The notes beneath the pieces were generated by a model. That model saw only the letters and a list, made by a program, of their open reading frames with translations. It was not told where the DNA came from and made no database searches. Positions 19,988 to 28,939 of a stretch of 64,000 nt of DNA are shown here, piece after piece. A program made the position numbers and the translations under genes. The DNA is from an uncultured virus (IMG/VR IMGVR_UViG_3300032046_001865) (Duplodnaviria > Heunggongvirae > Uroviricota > Caudoviricetes): positions 1 to 64,000 of IMG/VR virus record IMGVR_UViG_3300032046_001865; one strand, given 5' to 3'. Numbering within the stretch: the first letter of the stretch is position 1; every line of letters begins with the position of its first letter.

Positions 19988-20920
19988 TCACGCAAGTCTC
20001 TGGAAGTAGTGCTCGATCGTGAGCTCAAGCCCGCGAGTGAACGTCGTGAACCGACTAGGATCGATGTCACTCTCGATCCAGTAACGACGGTCATGTCCAA
20101 GTCGATCGGCAACAAACACAACGTTCGCGTTTGGGATCATCCCGAGCTCACGGTAGCGATCGTCTACCTGTTTGATGATGGCGACGTTGGTGTCTGTGTA
20201 ACCAGACGAGATGTTCAGGATCTTGTTTGTCACACCTGAGACGATGGTATCACGGATCGCTCTGACAGTATCTCCCACATACGTCCACTCACGACGTTGC
20301 ATGCCGTCTCCGTAGAGAGGGAAGTCCCGCACGGTGATCATCGCCTCCAACAGCTTGGGGAGGAACTTCTCTTTGTGCTGACGCGGGCCAAAGTTGTTCG
20401 AAGGACGAAAGATGAGGTACGGCTGCTTGTACGTGTTGTGATACGCGAGCAACATCATGTCGGCGGCTGCCTTCGTGGCCGAGTATGGGTTGCGTGGGCG
20501 CAACGGATCAGTGGTCACGTAACCTCGATCGCAACCCAACGCGTCACCGTAGACCTCATCGGTCGACAACTGACAGAACAGAGCGTTGTAATGACGTGCA
20601 ACATCCATGAGCGCAGAAGCGCCGTGAAGGTTTGTTCGGATGAACGGCTCGCTGTCGTTGATCGAGTTGTCGACATGTGTCTCGGCAGCGAAGTTGACGA
20701 TGACGTCGAACCCACCTTGGAGAAAAACTGTGTTCATCGCATGCTTGTCACATATATCAAGCTGTTTGAACTCGAACTTCCCCCACGACTCAGACAGGTT
20801 CTTCAGGTTGCCAGCGTACGTCAGCTTGTCAACGACGGTGACGTTGTCACCACAGGACACGAAATGATCAACCGCGTGGGAACCGATGAAACCTGCGCCG
20901 CCTGTCAGAAGAACCTTCAT
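19988..20920 (-). CDS. rfbB: dTDP-glucose 4,6-dehydratase
   Basis: GGAGFIG, DKLTYAG, AAETHVD, STDEVYG, YSATK, RLGHDRRY. Confidence 0.93.
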   Translation of the reverse strand: MKVLLTGGAGFIGSHAVDHFVSCGDNVTVVDKLTYAGNLKNLSESWGKFEFKQLDICDKHAMNTVFLQGGFDVIVNFAAETHVDNSINDSEPFIRTNLHGASALMDVARHYNALFCQLSTDEVYGDALGCDRGYVTTDPLRPRNPYSATKAAADMMLLAYHNTYKQPYLIFRPSNNFGPRQHKEKFLPKLLEAMITVRDFPLYGDGMQRREWTYVGDTVRAIRDTIVSGVTNKILNISSGYTDTNVAIIKQVDDRYRELGMIPNANVVFVADRLGHDRRYWIESDIDPSRFTTFTRGLELTIEHYFQRLA

Positions 20921-21807
20921 GCGGTCTTATCGTAGTTCTCTACGCACCAGTCGATGACCTCTTCAGCCGTGCGTGGGTGGTAGCCGGTGCTCTTCAACTT
21001 CTCGATGTTGAGCACCGTGTTTACACGCTTTACCTCGATGGAGTCAAGGTACTCCTGGTAATCGACCGGCTGTGGATCGAGCTTCGGGTTGAGCTTCACG
21101 AGCTTGACCGCGATCTGATACGGCGAGATGGTGCCTTCGTTCGCGCAGTTGAAAATGCCAGTGGCTCTGACCTTCAACAGGTGATCCACCATGTCGCAGA
21201 AGTTCTCGATGCAAGTGATGGAGTTGGCGCTCTCGATGAACCGCGCGGGGGCTGGCACGCTCAGGAACTTCGTCAGAAGGTTCGTCTTGTATGGGATGGC
21301 GCTGACCAGCTGCCGCGGTCGCAGGATCAGCACAGGCACGTCCAGCTTCGCGTTGAGGATCATCTTGTCTGCTTCGGCTTTGGAGAAAGCGTAGAAGCTC
21401 GCCGGCGTGGGCTCGTCCTCCTCGCTGTACTCCTTTTCGGTTCCCATTCCGTCGAACACGCAACCTGATGAGATGTGGATGAGCTTCCACCCGAGTGCGT
21501 CGCAAGCTTCGGCGACGTTGAGCGCGCCGAGGGTGTTGACCGCGTAGCATTCCTCCTTGTTGTGTTCACAATATTCAAGATTAATGAGAGCTGCTGTGTT
21601 GATGACGACGGGGTTGAGACTGTCCACCACATGGTCAAGGTCGCCCCAGGCTCGAAGGGCGAGAACTGCCTTGTCATGCGCCGCTTTCATGACCTTCGCG
21701 AGCTTCAACGGCTTGTCCGTGATCTCGATGTCCTTGTGACCAAGAACAACGTCTCCGGGTTTCTTGAGTTGCTGCGCGAGCTTGCCGTTGCCGATGATGA
21801 TCCTCAT
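20917..21807 (-). CDS. rfbD: dTDP-4-dehydrorhamnose reductase-like protein (possibly bifunctional epimerase/reductase)
   Basis: GNGKLA, INTAA..CE, HISSGCVFDG, YAFSK. Confidence 0.78.
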   Translation of the reverse strand: MRIIIGNGKLAQQLKKPGDVVLGHKDIEITDKPLKLAKVMKAAHDKAVLALRAWGDLDHVVDSLNPVVINTAALINLEYCEHNKEECYAVNTLGALNVAEACDALGWKLIHISSGCVFDGMGTEKEYSEEDEPTPASFYAFSKAEADKMILNAKLDVPVLILRPRQLVSAIPYKTNLLTKFLSVPAPARFIESANSITCIENFCDMVDHLLKVRATGIFNCANEGTISPYQIAVKLVKLNPKLDPQPVDYQEYLDSIEVKRVNTVLNIEKLKSTGYHPRTAEEVIDWCVENYDKTA

Positions 21808-22583
21808 TTGAACTCCTTTGTGACCTTCGAAATGAGGTCTATGTCTTCTTTGAACGCACGATTGCGCATCATCTCAGTCGCGCGCTGGTAACTTTCATGT
21901 GTTCCAGCATCGACCCACCCGTCTTCCACACGGAAAACATGACCAGTGTGAAACGCGGACTTGACATACGCCGAGTTGACGTCGGAGATCTCGTACTCAC
22001 CACGCGCGGACGGTTTGAGCCGTTTGATGATCTGAAAGACGTCAGCGGAGTACAAATACAACCCAAGCACTGCGTCAGAGCTCGGCAGCATGTCAGGCTT
22101 CTCAAGAATGTCTTCAATACTACCGTCAGGTCCGTACTTTGCCACACCGAAACGCTTTGCGTCTGGCAGCTCCTTCACAAAGAGACCAAAGTCCGTCTTC
22201 TTGTCTTGGGCAAAGAACGCGATGTCAGCCGCCACGTCGTCCACGTTTTCAAAGATGTTATCGCCGAGGATGACGGCAAATCGATCCTGTCCAACAAAGT
22301 TTTCGCATAGACCAAGCGCAGCAGCGATGCCGTTCGCGTTGTCTTGAACCCTGTACGTCATCTGACACCCGTACTCCGAGCCTGAGCCGAGCAACGACAT
22401 GATCGCTCCAACATGCTCAGTGCCAGTGACAAGCATGATGTCAGTGATGCCAGCTTTGAGGAACACGTTGAGAATGTGCACGATGATCGGCACCTCACCC
22501 ATCGGTAGCAACGCCTTGTTGGTCACCCGTGTCAATGGGTAGAGTCGAGAACCAGTGCCGCCTGCGAGAATGACGCCCTTCAT
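21804..22583 (-). CDS. rfbA: Glucose-1-phosphate thymidylyltransferase
   Basis: KGVILAGGTGSRLYPLT, LGDN, EKP, SARGEYEI, WVDAGT. Confidence 0.92.
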   Translation of the reverse strand: MKGVILAGGTGSRLYPLTRVTNKALLPMGEVPIIVHILNVFLKAGITDIMLVTGTEHVGAIMSLLGSGSEYGCQMTYRVQDNANGIAAALGLCENFVGQDRFAVILGDNIFENVDDVAADIAFFAQDKKTDFGLFVKELPDAKRFGVAKYGPDGSIEDILEKPDMLPSSDAVLGLYLYSADVFQIIKRLKPSARGEYEISDVNSAYVKSAFHTGHVFRVEDGWVDAGTHESYQRATEMMRNRAFKEDIDLISKVTKEFK

Positions 22584-23653
22584 CAACGCGAAATATAGCG
22601 CTTTGTTTGGGAACTACTTCGAATCGCCATCAAGAGGTTGAAGTCAGTCCACCCTTGAGATACATCGTACTTGAGACGCTGACCTCCTTGTGTGATGACA
22701 TGATCAGCGAAGTTGTCGACTAGAACTTTGAGCGCTTCCTGTTGATCGTTGAGATGATCAGTCTGAGCTTCCCAAGCGTGTGTCTCCAAAAGAGGACCGT
22801 CTGGTTTGTAGAGCTCACCGAGGATCGACTGCGTCTTTCCGGCGAAGCGGCCTGGGTTGACCCTGACAAACATGGTTGAGTGGTCGGGTCCTTCAAGAGC
22901 CACCCTGATGTTGAGATCGTTGTCGTGGTTCACGATCGAAGCGCACGACGTGTAGATGCGCAACGAGCATGGAGAACGATACTTGCAACGGTTGTAGAGT
23001 GAGCTGAAGTTGTAGATGGCCACCTCGCCGGTAGCGAATCGGATCTGCCCGCTCTCCCAGTTCTCTGTGTGTCCGTGCTGTGACACGCCGTTGCCGTCTT
23101 TGAACGACGCCATTGGGACGCCGTGCGACATGCCGCAGACCTCGATCGGCACCTTGTCGAAGCCGATGTAGCGTCGAAGCTGCGCGAGACCATGGTACTC
23201 GAACGTGCGAAAGTCGTTGACAACCGTGTGAGGCTTGCCGTATCGGCTATGACCTAACACGTTCATTTTGAACTGCTCAGACGGCAGCCAAGGCGTCTGC
23301 TCGGCGATCTGAAAAGGAATACCCTTCTTCTCGGCCTTGGTGACCACGTCCTTGGTCCAAACAGGCGTCTCGGCCATCAACGGCTTGCCGTAATCGAGGC
23401 ATCGTAGAGCGATCTCAGTGAGCGCCGAGGAGTTGACCACGATGACGAGCGCGTCGCTCGAGCGCGCCAACCTGTCGAGATCCGCGTAACGTGTGTACCC
23501 AAACGCGTCGATGAGCTTTTGGCCTTTCGCGAGGTCGCGGTTCCAGAACCCGCTCACTTCGATGTCGTTGTTGGAGTTGAGGACAGGTGCGTACATGTCG
23601 TGCACACGTTTGCCTGCTCCAACGATGCCGATTCGTAGCTTGCCAACTGTCAT
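22583..23653 (-). CDS. Gfo/Idh/MocA-family oxidoreductase
   Basis: LRIGIVGAG, ETP, YHG. Confidence 0.75.
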   Translation of the reverse strand: MTVGKLRIGIVGAGKRVHDMYAPVLNSNNDIEVSGFWNRDLAKGQKLIDAFGYTRYADLDRLARSSDALVIVVNSSALTEIALRCLDYGKPLMAETPVWTKDVVTKAEKKGIPFQIAEQTPWLPSEQFKMNVLGHSRYGKPHTVVNDFRTFEYHGLAQLRRYIGFDKVPIEVCGMSHGVPMASFKDGNGVSQHGHTENWESGQIRFATGEVAIYNFSSLYNRCKYRSPCSLRIYTSCASIVNHDNDLNIRVALEGPDHSTMFVRVNPGRFAGKTQSILGELYKPDGPLLETHAWEAQTDHLNDQQEALKVLVDNFADHVITQGGQRLKYDVSQGWTDFNLLMAIRSSSQTKRYISR

Positions 23654-23823
23654 TTTTCATCCTTCAGCAGGTCGCGAACCTGCTCCAACACCTCGTCAAG
23701 TGTGTCACGTCGACTGTCCCACGCACCCTCGCGTTCAGGATCGGAGACGTACGGGTTGCCGCCGTAACTCACTGTCATCTCATGCTCCAACCACGCTTTC
23801 AGGTACAACAGTTTGTCGTTCAT
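23650..23823 (-). CDS. Small hypothetical protein
   Basis: Manual translation MNDKLLYLKAWLEHE.. (57 aa); ATGA overlaps at both ends. Confidence 0.55.
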   Translation of the reverse strand: MNDKLLYLKAWLEHEMTVSYGGNPYVSDPEREGAWDSRRDTLDEVLEQVRDLLKDEK

Positions 23824-24551
23824 CGATCCTTCTCTCTTCGCATGACGTAACGATCGTGTAACGTCGCGTGCCCTTGCTTATCAGCGAACCGCTTCTGATA
23901 CTCGTGCTCAGAAGCGAACGAGTACATGACTCTGACAGATCCGCGCGGGTTCTTGTCTGCTACGACACCGTGAAGCATTGAGGACTCGAACATCAATACA
24001 CGGTCGTTCGACGACTCAAGTACCTCGTTCTCGTACTTGGAGATGAGCATCGCGTCAAAACGCTCGTCGTTCGCCATACACCGATGCGTGCCGCGCACGA
24101 ACTTCAAACGTGGTTCTGGTATCTCAAACGTCGGGTAGAAATTGATCTTCACCACGGGGGGAAACGCGCCCACGATGGGGTTGCGATCGAACTGGTACGC
24201 GTCACGGTGCCAATCTTGGTGCGGAGGACCTGGCATCTGCTTGACAACCTGAGCGTGAACGAGCGACAGCTTACGACCCACGATGTCCTCGAGCAGATAC
24301 GGGAGCTCGTTCGCGAACAAGAAATCCAAGAAGATGTCGTCGTAATCGTAGACGTTCGGGCGTAGATGAAAAACGTTCTCCATCCTCTTCTCGTAGAAGA
24401 AGCCAGCACGCACGTCGTCGTTCCACAGCTTCTCGAGCACGTCGACCATGAGCTTGCTGGATCCATGATCCACAGGCAACAGATCGAACCCGTTGGCGTA
24501 GAACCTCTCTTGCGGTAGCAGTTTCTCCTGATCGAAGTCGACGAGTCTCAT
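23820..24551 (-). CDS. Phytanoyl-CoA dioxygenase-like 2OG-Fe(II) oxygenase
   Basis: WHRD, GTH, LHG, R-x-x-Y. Confidence 0.72.
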   Translation of the reverse strand: MRLVDFDQEKLLPQERFYANGFDLLPVDHGSSKLMVDVLEKLWNDDVRAGFFYEKRMENVFHLRPNVYDYDDIFLDFLFANELPYLLEDIVGRKLSLVHAQVVKQMPGPPHQDWHRDAYQFDRNPIVGAFPPVVKINFYPTFEIPEPRLKFVRGTHRCMANDERFDAMLISKYENEVLESSNDRVLMFESSMLHGVVADKNPRGSVRVMYSFASEHEYQKRFADKQGHATLHDRYVMRREKDR

Positions 24552-25486
24552 GTTGCTACGACGAATTTTAGCACGTCTTCGTAGGCTTTCGCACACTTCA
24601 CGATGTCAACAGACGACGGATCAGCACGACGACCTTCCATCATGAGCGGCAACGTCACTGTCGGTGTGACGTGTGGAGGATTATCGTAATCAACCAATCC
24701 AAACTTGTACTCCTCATGGTCAGAGACGACGACGCCGTACCTCTCGCCTACCAACTCCTTGGTGCCACCTTCGCTGGAGCAGATCACGAGACATCCTTGC
24801 GAGATCGCCTCAACCACGACATTTGGACAGTGATCTAGCCATGCGAGGTGGATCATCCAGTCAGCGATGGAGTAAACCTCTGCACACAGATCGTGACGGA
24901 TGCTGCCGGCGTAGAAGATGTCCTTGTCGGCCACCTGAACGTCGGGGTTGTTACCGAGCACGATGAGGCACGAGCTTGGATGCTGCGAAGCACGGATCGA
25001 CTTGAAGACTGCGATGTTGTCGATCAGACGTTTCTGCGGGTGCCAGTTCGACGAGCAGACGAAGACCTTCTTGTAACGTTTACGGATCTCAATCAACGCT
25101 TCACTTCGCAATGTTGCAGGGGCGATCTCGATGCCGTTAGGAATGACACGCCCTGATCGTGCACCAAACCACTTCGTGGTCATCTGCTTGTCGAACTCAC
25201 TCTGCCAGATGACGTAACTGGCTGCGTCATACGCGGCGTGGATGCCACGGTTCATGCCGGACGCCATTTGCTCAGGTTTAAACCAGATTCCATCGAGGCG
25301 TTGCACAAACGGCTTCTTCGGATCGAGCTTCGTTGACGGCTCGATGAACACAAGGGCGGCGTCGTAGTCGTCGGGATCGGCCACGATGTGTCCAAGGTTG
25401 CCCAAAGCTATGGCAAGTCGCTTAGCGAAGCAGTTGGGTCCGGTGTGTTCGGCGTTGAAGTCAACGCCGTCAAAAAATACCTTCAC
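24548..25486 (-). CDS. Glycosyltransferase, GT4
   Basis: QRLDG, WQSEF, IPNG, KRL, DHCPNVVVEA. Confidence 0.85.
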   Translation of the reverse strand: MKVFFDGVDFNAEHTGPNCFAKRLAIALGNLGHIVADPDDYDAALVFIEPSTKLDPKKPFVQRLDGIWFKPEQMASGMNRGIHAAYDAASYVIWQSEFDKQMTTKWFGARSGRVIPNGIEIAPATLRSEALIEIRKRYKKVFVCSSNWHPQKRLIDNIAVFKSIRASQHPSSCLIVLGNNPDVQVADKDIFYAGSIRHDLCAEVYSIADWMIHLAWLDHCPNVVVEAISQGCLVICSSEGGTKELVGERYGVVVSDHEEYKFGLVDYDNPPHVTPTVTLPLMMEGRRADPSSVDIVKCAKAYEDVLKFVVAT

Positions 25487-25665
25487 GCATCCTCAGCTTT
25501 CTCTAGCGATTCCATCGCCACCTGGACTCTAAGGCTCGCTCGAACGTAGCCACCGTGATCACCATTTTCTAGGCATTCAATGGCTCGACAAATGTCTTGT
25601 TTGATCTCGAACTCCAAAAGTCGAACGTACAGATCATTGACGTCGCTGGAGGGATCCTTCGTCAT
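25483..25665 (-). CDS. Small hypothetical protein, paralog of the adjacent gene
   Basis: VRLLEFE..AIECLENG..GYV. Confidence 0.55.
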   Translation of the reverse strand: MTKDPSSDVNDLYVRLLEFEIKQDICRAIECLENGDHGGYVRASLRVQVAMESLEKAEDA

Positions 25666-25816
25666 CTCTGTACCACTTTTCGATGTTTTCACAGGTTTTA
25701 ACGTAGCCTTCGATGTTCCCGGCTTCCAAACACGAGATAGCGTAAAGACACTCGCCTTCCAACATGGCTTCTTTCAACCGCACGCCGAACGTCTCACGTT
25801 TCTTATCGCACGCCAC
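25634..25816 (-). CDS. Small hypothetical protein, paralog of the adjacent gene
   Basis: VRLKEAM..AISCLEAG..GYV; start uncertain. Confidence 0.55.
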   Translation of the reverse strand: MACDKKRETFGVRLKEAMLEGECLYAISCLEAGNIEGYVKTCENIEKWYRDDEGSLQRRQ

Positions 25817-26261
25817 GACGCTTGAGCTCGTCCATGATGTCTCCCGCGAAGCTCGACTCGCTGAACAGGCCTGCGATGAGGCGGATGTCCTGCAGTGGGA
25901 CGCGATCAAGCTTGCACTTCGTGTACACGGGGTGGACGTCGTGCTTCCACGTGTCCTCTTCACGTGTGATGATCGTGCTGTCACCGATCTTGATGGTCTC
26001 GTACATCTTCTGTGCGATCCAGCAACGTGCATCCTCATGGATGTTCTGCGATCCCTTCGCGAACACGTTGTGAACGGTCTCCGACACGCAGTCGAACATC
26101 TCCTCCATGGTGTCCTTGTCAAGTTTACGGGTGCCGTCCGCGAACTTTTGGAGCTTCATCCCGAGGTGGTACGACAACACGTCTAGAAAGCGAGGGCCTC
26201 CAGGTTTGCCAACGTTGGGCGGGATGGTGACAGGGTGGCGTGGTTTGGGTTCGTCGTTCAT
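25803..26261 (-). CDS. Hypothetical protein
   Basis: 152-aa coupled ORF. Confidence 0.6.
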   Translation of the reverse strand: MNDEPKPRHPVTIPPNVGKPGGPRFLDVLSYHLGMKLQKFADGTRKLDKDTMEEMFDCVSETVHNVFAKGSQNIHEDARCWIAQKMYETIKIGDSTIITREEDTWKHDVHPVYTKCKLDRVPLQDIRLIAGLFSESSFAGDIMDELKRRGVR

Positions 26262-26989
26262 GTGATAAATCCTCTTTTACGCAAAAATTCCGCTTCTTCT
26301 TTTTGAAAGCGAGCGTCGTCAGTCTGAAATGTAGCGGGGCTCATGTCACAACGGTAAGCGTACATTGTGATCGGCACGTGAACGCGTTTCTTAGCAAGTG
26401 CGAGCACCGGCAAGTAGATCGCTTGGTCGCCGGCACGTTTGATGTACTCGCCGTCAGCGCCGCGGTAGTTGGCGTCGAAGACATGTTTTGACACGCTCTT
26501 CTTCCAAGTCTTGAAGTGACTAGAGACCCATGGGTGTTTATACGGGTCAACGCCAGACGGCAATGCTGCCGAGATGTTTTGGTTTGTGATCCCGTTCTGA
26601 TCAAACCAGCGATGATTGCTCCAAGCAGCCTCTAGATCTGGGATCTTTTCGTAAGCAGTCGCCATGATCTCAAGTGCGTTGAGGTCACAGAGGTAGTCGT
26701 CTAGGTCGAGACGGCAGACGATATCGTCATCATCCATCTGCGACATGGCTAGGAGAACGTTGTATACCTCCCATCGCCGTTCCTTGTTGCGAACGACGCT
26801 GACTTTGTGTTCGATTCCAAGCCACTTAGAGTACGTTTCGACTTGGTCAGCGGTGCCGTCAGTAGAGCAATCGTCCACGATCACCGCGTACCAATTGGTG
26901 TAGCTTTGACCGGCCATTGAGACAAGCGTCTGCCACATGGTCTTGACGCTGTTACGTGTGGGGATAGCGAAGGCGAATGTGACGCTCAT
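26258..26989 (-). CDS. Glycosyltransferase, GT2
   Basis: IPTRN, QSYTNW, VDDCSTDGT, LDLDD. Confidence 0.88.
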   Translation of the reverse strand: MSVTFAFAIPTRNSVKTMWQTLVSMAGQSYTNWYAVIVDDCSTDGTADQVETYSKWLGIEHKVSVVRNKERRWEVYNVLLAMSQMDDDDIVCRLDLDDYLCDLNALEIMATAYEKIPDLEAAWSNHRWFDQNGITNQNISAALPSGVDPYKHPWVSSHFKTWKKSVSKHVFDANYRGADGEYIKRAGDQAIYLPVLALAKKRVHVPITMYAYRCDMSPATFQTDDARFQKEEAEFLRKRGFIT

Positions 26990-27138
26990 TTACACTCACA
27001 AGCTGGACAGCGTTTAGACTCGATCGGTTGTTCGGTGATCTTGATCATGCACACTGCTCCCTGGTACGTTGCCTTGCATTCAAACACCGAGGTGTTGTGA
27101 TGACAGCCGATAAGAAACAAAAACACGAGAAACTTCAC
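26986..27138 (-). CDS. Small Cys-rich putative lipoprotein
   Basis: Manual translation MKFLVFLFLIGC.. (50 aa); lipobox-like. Confidence 0.5.
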   Translation of the reverse strand: MKFLVFLFLIGCHHNTSVFECKATYQGAVCMIKITEQPIESKRCPACECK

Positions 27139-27308
27139 GGTGAACCATCGTTCAACTCACGCAGTAGCGCGATGAATTCCTCCAGTGTAGCGTAGTCACA
27201 TCCGGCTGCGCCCGCAGCCGAATACACTTCATCAAGATCTGACAGCAACCCATCCACATCTTCGGGCGTGAGGTGGATGTCACCCTTGTCATCTGCGTAG
27301 ACGTTCAC
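27135..27308 (-). CDS. Small acidic hypothetical protein
   Basis: Manual translation MNVYADDKGDIHLTPED..; GTGA overlaps. Confidence 0.5.
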   Translation of the reverse strand: MNVYADDKGDIHLTPEDVDGLLSDLDEVYSAAGAAGCDYATLEEFIALLRELNDGSP

Positions 27309-28081
27309 CAGTCCCAGGTCTCCGACACCACACTCAGCTTCGCCTTGTTGGCGACAGCGCCTTCACGTGTGAGAAGCAGTTGCCCGTAACGGATCTTCTC
27401 GTCTGGCCAGCGACGATCGTCAAAGAAGACGCGACGATCCATGATGATGAGCTCACTGCTCACGTCGGCAGGCAGATCGCACTCCTCAAGCGCTTCGTGC
27501 ACCTGGATCGCAGCGTCGGTGCCCTTGTCCATGTGCCAGTCGTCGAAGAGGCAGAAGCAGGACCACATGTCTTTCACACCCTCCCAGTCGCCACGGACCG
27601 CAGGAGCTGTGTGATCACCGTCGATGAACACGAGATCGTACTTGTCGTTCATCTTTGGCAAGACGTCAGCCGACTTCCCACGCGCAACCTGAATGCGACT
27701 TGTCCACTCCGTTGGGAACATCTGCGCGATCATCTGCATGTGTTGATCGTCTAGCGCCGGCTCAACCACCATGACCTGCCCGTCGTTTCCAAGCTCAGCG
27801 AACGCCTTCGCGGCGCACAACGCGGAGTAACCGCGGCCGAACCCGATCTCAAGGTACGAGTCAAGCTTGTACTTCTTGATGAGCGAGTAGATGAGCAATC
27901 CACGCTCGAGGTTGGGTTTGAAGAACGCGCCCACTGTGCGGAACAGTTCAGAGTTAGGATCACGGAGCTTCTTCGCGGTGGCTTCTCCAATGTAATCGAA
28001 CTCCCCTAACGAGAGGGATTCAACCGGCATGCTGATCTCGGCGAGCTTGTCTTTGATGTTGACGTTCTTGTTGGGCTTCAT
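27305..28081 (-). CDS. Class I SAM methyltransferase (Methyltransf_24-like)
   Basis: YLEIGFGRGYS, YDLVFIDGDH, LFDD. Confidence 0.85.
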   Translation of the reverse strand: MKPNKNVNIKDKLAEISMPVESLSLGEFDYIGEATAKKLRDPNSELFRTVGAFFKPNLERGLLIYSLIKKYKLDSYLEIGFGRGYSALCAAKAFAELGNDGQVMVVEPALDDQHMQMIAQMFPTEWTSRIQVARGKSADVLPKMNDKYDLVFIDGDHTAPAVRGDWEGVKDMWSCFCLFDDWHMDKGTDAAIQVHEALEECDLPADVSSELIIMDRRVFFDDRRWPDEKIRYGQLLLTREGAVANKAKLSVVSETWDW

Positions 28082-28108
28082 GTGTTACTCGTGACGGTAG
28101 TTCGCTTC

Positions 28109-28939
28109 TTAGGCAAGATCCCGAGGTTTTTGTAGTTCTTTCTTCATCCAAAGTTGTGAGTTGGGATGTTCGACATGGAACCACTCCCATTTCGCTTTAG
28201 CGTCAGCACGCATATATCCTTTTACTTCGATGTACGTGTTCAGGAAGACGCCAGTTGTGATCAACGCGTCGGGACGATACGTGCGTCCGTCCGGCATTGT
28301 GAACGGGCCAGGTTGCCATTCGTAATCGGTTTGGTTCACGTTGAGCCAGCGAACGACGGCGAGCTCCCACGAGCCAACACAGAGAAGTTCATCATTTGTC
28401 TTCCAATGACGCTCGACGGTTGCCTTGTTGGTGGAGCGAGCGATCTTATCTTGAACATGAATCAACTTCGAAGGATGATCTACACCGTATTTCCTCAACA
28501 AAGTTTTCTTCCACGTCACACGTTGTAACAAGCTTCCGCGTTCTGGGTGCCCATGACCTCGAAGAACATGAGATGGTTGTGCCTTCCAATCTCCATATTC
28601 AACGTCGTGAAACCACGTAGGTGTCACCTGATCGACATACGGACCTACGAACGTAACGCGACCATCGTGAGCGTTTTGTAACCGAGAACACAACTCGGAA
28701 AGACTGGTACGAGCTTGTACTCGAGCTCGCTTTGGATGCTTGGTACCTCGCATCACTTCTCTTGGTTGAGCTAACCATTCTCCATAAAGAATGTCACAAA
28801 ACAAGCATTTGGTCTTAGCGTTGACGTATGACCCTATCAATCGAAGTGTGGTTCCGTGAACATCTTGAATCCGTCGCTCAACTTCTTCAAGAGTAAGATT
28901 CTTGATGTATTCTCCACGGCGTATTCGATTACGAGCCAC
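28109..28939 (-). mobile_element. Free-standing PD-(D/E)XK homing endonuclease
   Basis: Two N-terminal repeats (YGEW/YGDW..HP), KYGVDHP, YRPD..IEVKGY. Confidence 0.75.
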
